From: Somniosus microcephalus
Lineage: Eukaryota
Direction of reading: 5' to 3'
DNA length: 64,000 nucleotides
Assembly: GCA_052327205.1 (NCBI GenBank)
Contig: CM126212.1
Location: forward strand, 182,404,001 to 182,468,000
Of the stretch, positions 37,203 through 47,690 are shown piece after piece. Made by a program: the position numbers and the translations under genes. Below the pieces are notes generated by a model. It did no database searches. It was not told where the DNA came from and saw only the letters and a list, made by a program, of their open reading frames with translations. Each line of letters starts with the position of its first letter. The first letter of the stretch is position 1.

Positions 37203-38149
37203 ATGGGTGAACAGGTGATGTGTCACTGTTGCGAAATGTGGGAGCTGGTGGATCCCATTGAGGCTCACGGTGATTACATTTGCGATAAGTGTTTGCTGCT
37301 AGAGGAACTCAAGCTCCATGTTAAAGAGCTTGAGACCGAGCTTCAGACACTGCGACACATCAGTGAGGGGGAGAAGTTCCTGGACTCTGTTTCAGGAGGT
37401 GGTCACACCTATGAAATTAATTACTGCAGATGTAGTCCGTGGTCAGGGACAGGACGGTGTGACTACGAGTGAGGAAGGTACAGGGATCCAGGATGTAGTG
37501 TTGAAGGAGCTGCAGCCCTTGCTCTTGTCAAGCGGGATTGAGGTTCTCACTCCGTGAGGGCAGGAGCGGGGACTGCAGGGAGGATGAGCAACCTGGCCAC
37601 AGCACCGTGGTACAGGGGGCCATTCAAGTGGAGGGAGTAAAAAGAAATGTTGTAGTGGTAGGGGATAGTATCATTAGGGGGATAGATAGGGTTCTCTGCA
37701 GTCAAGAGCGGGAGTCCCGAAGGCTGTGTTGCCTGCCTGGTGCCAGGGTTAAGGACATCTCTTCTGGGCTGGAAAGAAACTTGGAGGGGGAGGATCCAGT
37801 TGTCGAGGTCCATGTTGGTACAAACGACGTAGATAGGACAAGGAAGAAGGTTCTGTTAAAGGAGTATGAGCAGCTAGGGGTCAAATTAAAAAACAGAACC
37901 TCAAGTGTAATAATCTCTGGGTTATTACCTGAGGCACGAGCGAATTTGGCTAGGATAAATAAAATTAAAGAGTTAAATACGTGGCTCAAAGACTGGTGTG
38001 GGAGAAATGGGTTTTGCTTCTTGGGACACTGGCACCAGTACTGGGACCGGAGGGAGCTGTTCCGTTGGGACGGACTCCACTTGGCCAGTGCTGGGACTAG
38101 AGTCCTGGCGAATCATATAACTAGGGCTGTAGAGAGGGCTTTAAACTAA
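37203..38149 (+). pseudogene. CR1 ORF1 copy B (zinc finger/zipper + esterase), frameshifted
   Basis: Three overlapping ORF pieces homologous to 25021-25972. Confidence 0.9.
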
Positions 38150-38152
38150 TTA

Positions 38153-41152
38153 GTGGGGGGGGAGGCTTCTAGAGAACAAATAACAGAAATGACAACGGAG
38201 AAGGTCATAGACTTAGGTAGCAGTGGGGAAATTAAAAAACAGAACGTGTCAGGAAGGGACAGAAGGTATGGAGTAAAAGGTAAAGTAGTAAAAGGGGAAA
38301 AAACAGGAACTAAGTGTCACAAAACATATTTGAAAGTTCTTTATCTGAATGTACGTAGCATTCGTAACAAAATGAATGAGTTAACGGCACAAATAATGAC
38401 ATATGGGTATGATCTTGTGGCCATTACAGAAACATGGCTGCAGGGTGACCATGACTGGGAATTAAACATACCAGGTTATTTAACAATCAGGAAGGACAGG
38501 CAGGAGGGGAGGTGGGGTGGCTATGTTAATAAAGGAAGGAATCACTATAATACAGAGAAATGATATTGGGTCAAAGGAGCAGGATAGTGAAACAGTTTGG
38601 GTAGAGATAAGGAATAATAAGGGGAAAAAAACACTAGTGGGCGTTGTCTATAGGCCTCCGAACAGTTGCAACTCTGTTGGACGGAGTATTAATCAGGAAA
38701 TAATTGAGGCTTGTAATAAGGGAACAGCTATAATTATGGGGGATTTTAACTATCATATTAACTGGACAAATCAAACTGAGCAGAGCAGCCTTGAGGATGA
38801 GTTCATTGAGTGTATTAGGGATGGGTTTCTTGAGCAGTATGTAACTGAACCGACCAGGGGGCAAGCAACCTTAGATCTGGTCCTGTGTAACGAGACAGGA
38901 TTAATTAAAAATGTCCTAGTAAAGGATCCCCTTGGAATGAGTGACCATAACATGGTTGAATTCCATATTCAATTAGAGGGTGAGAAGGTTGGATCTCAAA
39001 CAAGCGTGCTGAGCTTGAATAAAGGAGACTATGAAGGTATGAGAGCGGAATTGATTAGAGTGGACTGGGAAAATAGATTAAAGGGTAAGACGGTACATGA
39101 TCAGTGGTGTACATTTAAGGAGTTATTTTACAACTTCCAAAAAATATATATTCCACTGAGGGGAAAAAAGGGTGTTAAAGAAAAGATAGCCATCCATGGC
39201 TAAGTAATGTAATTAAGGATAGTATCCGACTAAAAACAAGGGCATATAAGGTAGCCAAATCTAGTGGGAAGATAGAAGATTGGGAAGTCTTTAAAAGACA
39301 GCAAAAAATAACAAAATGATTGATTAAGAAAGGGAAGATAGATTATGAAAGTAAATTAGCAAAAAATATAAAAACGGATAGCAAAAGTTTCTATAGTTAT
39401 ATAAAAAGAAAAAGGGTGGCTAAAGTAAATGTTGGTCCCTTAGAGGATGAGACTGGGAAATTAATGGTGGGAAACATGGAGATGGCAATAACGCTGAACA
39501 AATATTTTGTATCAGTCTTTACGGTAGAGGACACTAAGAATATCCCAACACTGAACAAACAGGGGGCTCTAGGGGGAGAGGAGCTAAATACGATTAAAAT
39601 CACTAAGGAAGTGGTACTTGGTAAAATAATGGGACTTAAGCCGGATAAATCCCCTGGACCTGATGGCTTACATCCTAGGGTCTTGAGGGAAGTGGCGGTA
39701 GGGATTGTGGATGCATTGGTGGTAATTTTCCAAAACTCCCTGGACTCAGCAAAGGTCCCGGCAGATTGGAAAACTGCTAATGTAACACCCTTATTTAAAA
39801 AGGGTAGTAGGCAGAAGGCTGGAAACTATAGACCTGTTAGCCTAACATCTGTGGTTGGTAAAATGTTAGAGTCCACTATTAAGGAGACAGTAATGGGACA
39901 TTTGGATAAACATAATTTAATAGGACAAACTCAGCATGGTTTCATGAAGGGGAAGTCATGTTTGACAAATTTGCTTGAGTTCTTTGAGGAAGTAACATAC
40001 AGGGTGGATAAAGGAGAACCAGTGGACGTAGTGTATTTAGACTTCCAAAAGGCATTTGACAAGGTGCCACACAAGATTATTGCTCAAGATAAAAAATCAC
40101 GGGATTGGGGGTAATATTCTGGCGTGGGTGGAGAATTGGCTCTCTAACAGAAAGCAGAGAGTTGGGATAAATGGTTCATTCTCAGACTGGCAATCAGTAA
40201 CTAGTGGTGTTCCGCAGGGGTCAGTGCTGGGTCCCCAACTCTTTATAATCTATATTAACGATTTGGAGGAGGATCTATATTATATTAACGAATTGGAGGA
40301 GGGGACCGAGTGTAACATATCAAAGTTTGCAGATGATACAAAGATGGGAGGGAAAGTAGTGAGTGAGGAGGACATGAAAAACCTGCAAAGGGACATAGAC
40401 AGGCTAAGTAAGTGGGCAGAGATTTGGCAGATGGAATACAATACTGGAAAGTGTGAGGTTATGCACTTTGGCAGGAAAAATCATAGAGCAAGTTATTATC
40501 TTAATGGCAAGAAACTGGAAAGTACTGTAGTACAAAGGGATCTGGGGGTCCTGGTGCACGAAACTCAAAGTTAGTATGCAGGTGCAGCAAGTGATCAAGA
40601 AGGCCAATGGAATGTTGGCTTTTATTGCTAGGGGGATAGAATATAAAAACTGAGGTATTGCTGCAGTTATACAAGGTATTGGTGAGACCGCACCTGGAAT
40701 ACTGCATACAGTTTTGGTGTCCATACTTAAGAAAAGACATACTTGCTCTCGAGTCAGTACAAAGAAGGTTCACTCGGTTAATCCCGGGAATGAGGGCGTG
40801 GTCATATGAGGAGAGGTTGAGTAGATTGGGACTCTACTCATTGGCGTTCAGAAGAATGAGAGGCGATCTTATTGAAACATATAAGATTGTGAAGGGGCTT
40901 GATCAGGTGGATGCGGTGAGGATGTTCCAATGATGGGTGAAACTAGAACTAGGGGGCATAATCTTAAAATAAGGGGCTGCTCTTTCAAAACTGAGATGAG
41001 GAGAAACTTCTTCACTCGGTGGTAGGTTTGTGGAATTTGCTGTCCCAGAAAGCTGTGGAAGCTACATCATTAAATTTAAAACAGAAATAGATAGTTTCCT
41101 AGAAGTAAAGGGAATTAAGGGTTACGGGGAGCGGGCAGGAAATTGGACATGA
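38153..41152 (+). pseudogene. CR1 ORF2 copy B (APE + RT), multiple frameshifts and stops
   Basis: YLNVRSIRNK, AITETWL, VYRPPN, GDFN, SDHN, FADD spread over several frames. Confidence 0.92.
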
Positions 41153-44100
41153 GTCTAGGTTCGGAATGGTCATGGCCCTGTGGGTAGTGGAGCGGGCCCA
41201 GGGGCCGTGTAGCTTGGTTCTGTTCCTACTACTTGTGTTCTAATTCTGTTAGATTTCAGGAGATGGTTTTATTCCTGTTCCTGGCTGGGGTGGAGATCGC
41301 CTTTACAGAAGGTAAGTACTGTAGAAAATATAGGGACAGAGTGATCTCCTGGAAGAGTTTCGATCGCCTAGATGGGTCGGAGAGGAATTTCTCAGATTTT
41401 TTTCTCCCAAATTGGCCATTGGATTTTTTGTCTGGTTTTTCGCCTCTCCCGGGAGATCACATGGGTTTGGGTGGGATGGAGAGTGATAGAGGATTTGAGG
41501 TTAGGATCAGATCAGCCATGATCTTATTGAATGGTGGAGCAGGCTCGAGGGGCCGATTGGCCTACTTCTGCTCCTATTTCTTATGTTCTTATGGTGACAG
41601 AAGTATCACAATATCAATGTGAGATGTCTGCAGTGATGCAGTGCATCCAAGTATTGCAGATGGCTGGTAGGAGAAGGTACTTGAGTTAGTTGAAGCACAA
41701 TTTTATTGCAGATGAAACCAATTTCTTGACATGTGCTGCACAGCAAGACATTCCATTTCTCTGGAGAGACATGTATGACTGGCAAGATAGTGAACAAGTT
41801 TGTGCTGCTGTGTGCAAACATGGGTGGCAGCTTTGTTATTAGGAAGTCATTAAAAGCCATGATTTCATTTTGTGGAGCAGCTTTTTGTGCATTTCACTGA
41901 ACAAGAAGGGATGAAAGACCTTTTTGAATCAAGGTTTAGGTAACGCCTCGCCGTAGCAAGATACATGAAAAAGGGCACCGATTGGGTGAAACCATATGAG
42001 CCAGCTGCTGATGTATCTAACCCCTGCATCAGTTGAAGCATATTGGGAAGTTACTTTATATTCCTTTCAAAATGGTTGCCTCAGAACTCCACTGAGCAGG
42101 TGGTCGGCAGTGAGCTATCTGACTCTGATTGTAGCACAAGTACGGTGATGGAGTATAGTCACAACAAAGGATTACGATAAGTTTCTTATGGCCAAGACAA
42201 TATTGAATAGCCTAGAGGTGTTGAGCCTTTTTCTGCAATGCATAATGATGTATTTCATGTGTGAGTTATCACTAACGTGGAAGTCTGTGTTGAGACAAAT
42301 TAATGGGTTGGGGGGGGTGGGGGCACAACAAACTATGGTAACGGAATTGGTTTGATCATATTTAGTTATTAAGATGTGACAATTAGTTCTTAAGTGAGAT
42401 TACCACATTCTTGTAGAAAAGGAATCCACTCTTATAATTTTAAAACTGTACTAAAATACTATATACAATATCCTTTAAAAGATCAGAAGTATTATCTTGA
42501 TACTTTTTAAATACCACTCATTGATTTCTTAAATCGTTGCTATAAGGAGTTAATACCTGTATGATGTTGAAAAGTTGCATCTCAATGATCTCTGCTGTGA
42601 TGGTACATCCTAAAACAGTATCAAATAACGTGGAGATTAGAAAGTAACAGAATAAATTGGACAATTTAAATTAAAACACTTTTTTGACCAGTGGTTTACA
42701 TTTCAAAATGCTGAGTGATCATGTATTTGTCAACTGTAAAGACCAGTTTAAAAAATAAATTAAAAAATCGAAGGCTCTTTCAGCCTTTTTAGTTTTCAAA
42801 GGCACTTAACCCATTACTATCAGTTTAATTTTTTGTAAACATTCCTGTACTTTCAAGATGTAGAGGTATGGCTTTTCCAACACAAAGAAAGGCTATTGGG
42901 AAGAAAGCTCCTAGAGAAAGACTAGGCTAGGTAAATGGGGAGGGGGGTCAGGTGGGTCAATCGTCTTGGGTGGTCATGTGGTGGGGAGGGTGGAAGGCCT
43001 GATGATGGGCTCAAGGCCAGCCATTATACACCAGAGAAACCAAACGGTGCTGGTACAAATGATGGGTATGAGGCCTGCAAATGAGCAAAGGGATCCCGGG
43101 GGGTAGGGGGGGGGGGGGGGTGGTGGGGGAGTGTATCTGAAGACCAAGACAAAATGACGGCAGATGAGGAGGTGCACGAACTGTGCCTTGAATGGTGATG
43201 GACTGTAACTTCATTGTGGCAGCAGCTATTTACATACAGAATTGTCACTTACCAGAGCAGTTTGAATATGAAATGCTGACAACATTACTTTAATAATTGT
43301 GATAGCAGGACTTGTGTGCACCATTCACAAGATTTCATTGTGCACGTGTGTATGTTTGCAATTATCAAATACAATGGTTACTGTAATATTGAAATAAATA
43401 TAAAAACTTATGGATCAAAAATAGGTGATAACTCACTTTTATGGCAATGGGACTACTGTACCTGGTTCAGACACACAAAAAGTAATATAGGGTGCGATGT
43501 GGTTCAGAAAGCATTTTAAAGTTGAAACTTAAATACAGTACTGTACACAGTTGTTCTAGTGAAGGAGCAAAATATAATTGGTTTAATAGCATGTCCTGCC
43601 TTGTATAAGGCAGTGAGTGGGGCACTTTTCTGGATATAAAAAGGTATCGGAATGATTCCAGCAGCCTTTTGATTTGTCATTCTGCCGAGAGACCAGCCCC
43701 CTGCTGCAGACTGGGCTTTTTATTTATAAATTGGATAATGTTTGTGTTCTGACCTCATCTTTATTGTAACAGAGTAATTGCTTTGGACCGGTTTACAGTA
43801 GGAAAGTGTAAAGGGCCTGCTCTATTGTGGTTTTGTGAAAATTGGGGGCAGGGACTGAGCTTGACATGAGAGTTGGAAGCAGCTTGCATTGGTGCAGAAG
43901 AGGCTGTGGTTCTGGGTCACTAACTTTGTGAGGTGTTTTGCAAATGTGTCAAAATAAAGGGGATGGGGAACAAGAGAACATGATGCAATAATGGTTCTAA
44001 CTGGAACAAAACTCAACTTTTTTGTTGGTGTCAATGTATGCCTTTTCCACATTTAGTTCAGTCCAAATGGGAAAGTAAACACAGGATTATTGAATTCAAC

Positions 44101-44779
44101 CATGATAAACTAGCATTCACTTCCGATACTATAGTCAATTCTTGTGTTGAAAGCTTGTCAAAGTCAGGAATTTCAGATGGACTTGTATGCACCTTGGCAT
44201 TGTGTTCACTGTAATTATGCTGATTAAGACCACCTAGAAAATTCTCCATTTTACAGTGCATGGAAAAATTCATTTCTTGGTTTCTGTGACCTATAAAGTG
44301 ATATTCCAATAATTTATCAGCATATCCATCTTTGGATTTGAGATCATGTGCTGGTTTGCCTCAAAACCACTTATTTTAAAATGACGAGCAAGTACTTGGA
44401 TTACATTGTAGCTTGTTCGAATTGTTCAGTTTGGCTTTGTGGAATTGCATGGAATTTGATCTTTTTGAGATCCAACTATATATCTTTTACAAATATCTCA
44501 AACTAGATAGATAATAGATGATTTTTGTGGTATTTGTAAAAGATATGTACTGGTAGGATTTCTGTTCAAATTGTAATCGCCCAATGTGAGTTTTTGATTT
44601 TTTTGCTAGTGACATCCTCTTTCTCTTCCCCTCCCATCCATAAGAGAGACAGTTGACTTGTTCATGATAATTCTGCTCACCTGGTTACACTTGGATCAGT
44701 GGAAATAAGTTGATGTATCTCCCAGTTGACTTCCTTTAAAGGTATGTGGCATATGGGACTTAAAGCAAAAATAAAACCA

Positions 44780-45385
44780 CAGAGGTTTACAGCACAGAAG
44801 GAGCCTATTTTGTCTGTACCCTGTACTGACTTTTTCTAGAGCAATCCAAAACTAATTCCATTTCCTTGCCCTCTTTTTACCTCTTTCCCCCCTCCCCCAT
44901 AGCCCTGTATCTTCTGTGCTTCAAATATTTATCTAACTTTCACGAGATGCAATACTGCTGCCTCAACTGTTTTCTGTGGCAAAGCATTTCATGCCGTAAC
45001 AACCCTTTGCGTAAAGAAATTTCTTCTAACCTCTCTCCTCACTGTGACATTCTAAATTGATGACTCTTTCGTCACTGACTGCCCAACCATAGGACATAGT
45101 CTTTCCCTATTCACTATCAAAACCCTTCAGAATTTAAAAATGCTCTTATCAAATATGCTCTAAGATTTCTCTGCTTCAGTGGATACGGTCTCAGTGTGTC
45201 TCCTCATAACTAGCAGTTTCTCATCCCTGGTGTATCTACGCACTCTATGCTCTCGATGGCTTTAATATCCTTTCTACAATGGAACACCCAAAACTGTACA
45301 CGGCGCACTTAAATTTGTACAATTGGTTCTACTACAGTTATCATTACTTCTTTAATCTTGTACTCCATGCCCCTATTTATACATA
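44780..45385 (-). mobile_element. Decayed CR1 3' fragment
   Basis: Minus-strand INRGMEYKIKEVMI, the sequence caccca aaactgtaca, and CR1 3' tail remnants. Confidence 0.6.
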
Positions 45386-45729
45386 ATTGAGGGTTGTAAC
45401 CTGTATTGAAGTATTGCCTGTTCAGAGGTGGCCCGAACTCTTTCTCTGTCGTAAATTTGAAGTCCCAAAGTAGGCTGTATTTTTTTCTATTATTTTGGGG
45501 GCGTGAGGTGGAGTGGGGAAGAAAGAGTATGCAAAAGGACAAAATTATTTCTATGCATGCAGTAGCACTTTTTTCTTCCATTTTATAAACTGAGACCAAT
45601 TGTTGTATTGCATGTGCGTGTGCCCGTTCTCGTGCTTTAGGTCCTGGGATGAAAGCCCGCAGTATTTGTTTTTGTTCCAGGCAGCTTACTGCAACTCCCT
45701 TTGTGCTGCCGTCAAATTGGCAGGCTTTT

Positions 45730-46551
45730 TAAAAATGTGTTCCTGGGATGTGGGCGTCTCTGGCAAGGCCAGAATTTATTGCCCATCCCTAATTGCTCTT
45801 GAGAAGGTGGTGGTGAGCCGCCGTCTTGAACCGCTGCAGTCTTTGTGGTGAAGGTACTTCCACAGTGCTGTTAGGGAGGGAGTTCCAGGATTTTGACCTA
45901 GTGACGATGAAGGAATGGCGATATATTTTCAAGTCAGGATGGTATGTAACTTGGAGGGGAACTTGCAGGTGATGGTGTTCCCATGCGCCTGCTGCCCTTG
46001 TCCTTTTTAGGTGGTAGAGGTCGTGGGTTTGGGAGGTGCTGGTGAAGAAGCCTTGGCGAGTTGCTGCAGTGCATCTTGTAGATGGTACACACTGCAGCCA
46101 TGGTGCACCGGTGGTGGAGGGAGTGAATGTTAAAGGTAGTGGATGGTTTTAAAGGTGGTAGATGGGTTGCCAATCAAGCGGGCTGCTTTGTCTTGGATGG
46201 TGTCGAGCTTCTTGAGTGTTGCTGGAGCTGCACTCATCCAGGCAAGTGGAGAGTATTCCATCACACTCCTGACTTGTGCCTTGTAGATGGTGGAAAGGCT
46301 TTGGGGAGTCAGGAGGTGAGACACTCTCTGCAGAATGCCCAGCCTCTGGCCTGTTCTTGTTGCCACAGTATTTAAGTGGCTGGTCCAGTTAAGTTTCTGG
46401 TCAATGGTGACCCCCCAGGATGTTGATCGTGGGGGATTTGGCGATGGTAATGCCGTTGAATGTCAAGGGGAGATGGTTAGACTCTCGCTTGTTGGAGATA
46501 ATCATTGCCTGGCACTTGTGTGGTGCAAAGATTACTTGCCACTTATATCAG
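45730..46551 (-). mobile_element. 5'-truncated copy of the 30146-33298 LINE family
   Basis: Near-collinear with 30160-30920 (ggatgtgggcgtc..., IYKAQVRSVMEYSPLAWMSAA). Confidence 0.85.
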
Positions 46552-47260
46552 CATAAACTAACATACCTAAAAGACATAAATGACTTGATGCACAAATATT
46601 ACAATTACTTTGGTTTGCAGTTTATTACAGTTGGATAATTCTGCATTTTTATTATGGCTTAATCTAATAATAACCCACTAACAAAATGTAATTCACAGTG
46701 ATTGATTTATTAACTAGCCTGTAGCTGCCTCTTGCTCATCCCCATATATGGGCTTTTTGCAACTTGAGTGCCATAAAACATGATTTAGGTAAAACCAAAA
46801 TGTGGTTGTTGCAGGCCCAACATAAAATATTTTCTTAGTTATAGAGTTTGTTTAAACAATTTTTAACTTCTTAAGCATATCAGGCCTGTGGGCTTGCCAT
46901 GTTTTTCAGAGTGGCTTTTAAATTTCAACTGCCATACTTGCCTTTATCAAAGTAATTGTCATAATGCTTTTCTTTAAATTGGCGCTACCCTGAGTCTTTA
47001 GACTCAGATATAATGGAAGTCATAGCAATTGCGTGCTGTTTTCCGTGAGTTTCACAATTTCAAGGAGCCCGACTCTGAAAGCCAAGAATCACTTGCATCC
47101 AGTTTCTGCAAGTCATTTCACTCCCTCCCTTGTGGCAGAGTCTGGTATAGGCTTCGTGATTTGATAATGCAGTATTTTAAAAGCAACGTTTTAGAACTAT
47201 TTATCATTTTGCCCTGAAATGCAAATTTAAAAAAAAGTAACGTGGCATTTAAGTGTAATT

Positions 47261-47690
47261 TGTGACTCAGTGGGTAGCACACTCGCCTCTGAGTCAGGTT
47301 GTGGGTTCAAGTCCCACTCCAGAGACTTGAGCACAAAAATCTAGGCTGACACTCTGGCAGTGCAGTACTGAGGGAGTACTGCACTGTCGGAGGTGCCGTC
47401 TTTCGGATGAGACGTTAAACCGAGGTCCCGTCTGCGCGCTCTGTGGATGTAAAAGATCCCATGGCACTATTTTGAAGAAGAGCAGGGGAGTTCACCCCGG
47501 TGTCCTGGCCAACATTTATCCCTCAATCAACATGACAGAAACAGATTATCTGGTCATTATCACATTGCTGTTTGTGGGAGCTTGCTGTGCGCGAATTGGC
47601 TGCTGCACGTCCTACATTACAGTGACTACACTTCAAAAAGTACTTTATTGGCTGTAAAGCACTTTGGGACGTCAGGTGGTTGTGAAAGGT
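47261..47690 (+). mobile_element. tRNA-headed DeuSINE (SacSINE1-like)
   Basis: A box tgactcagtgg, B box ggttcaagtccc, Deu-domain core gaggtgccgtctttcggatgagacgttaaaccgagg...gtaaaagatcccatggcact, L2-like tail. Confidence 0.8.

Larger units (their letters stand above)
36671..41593 (+). mobile_element. Near full-length CR1 LINE (copy B), sense to LRIG1
   Basis: Near-identical to copy A over ORF1, ORF2 and 3' UTR. Single diverged 5' monomer with TATAAAAAG at 36838. Tail ttcttatgttcttatg. Confidence 0.95.

Noticed and set aside
47261-47325. tRNA gene
   Set aside because: The A and B boxes continue into a Deu-domain and L2-like tail, so it is a SINE head. The same logic applies to 33213-33298.
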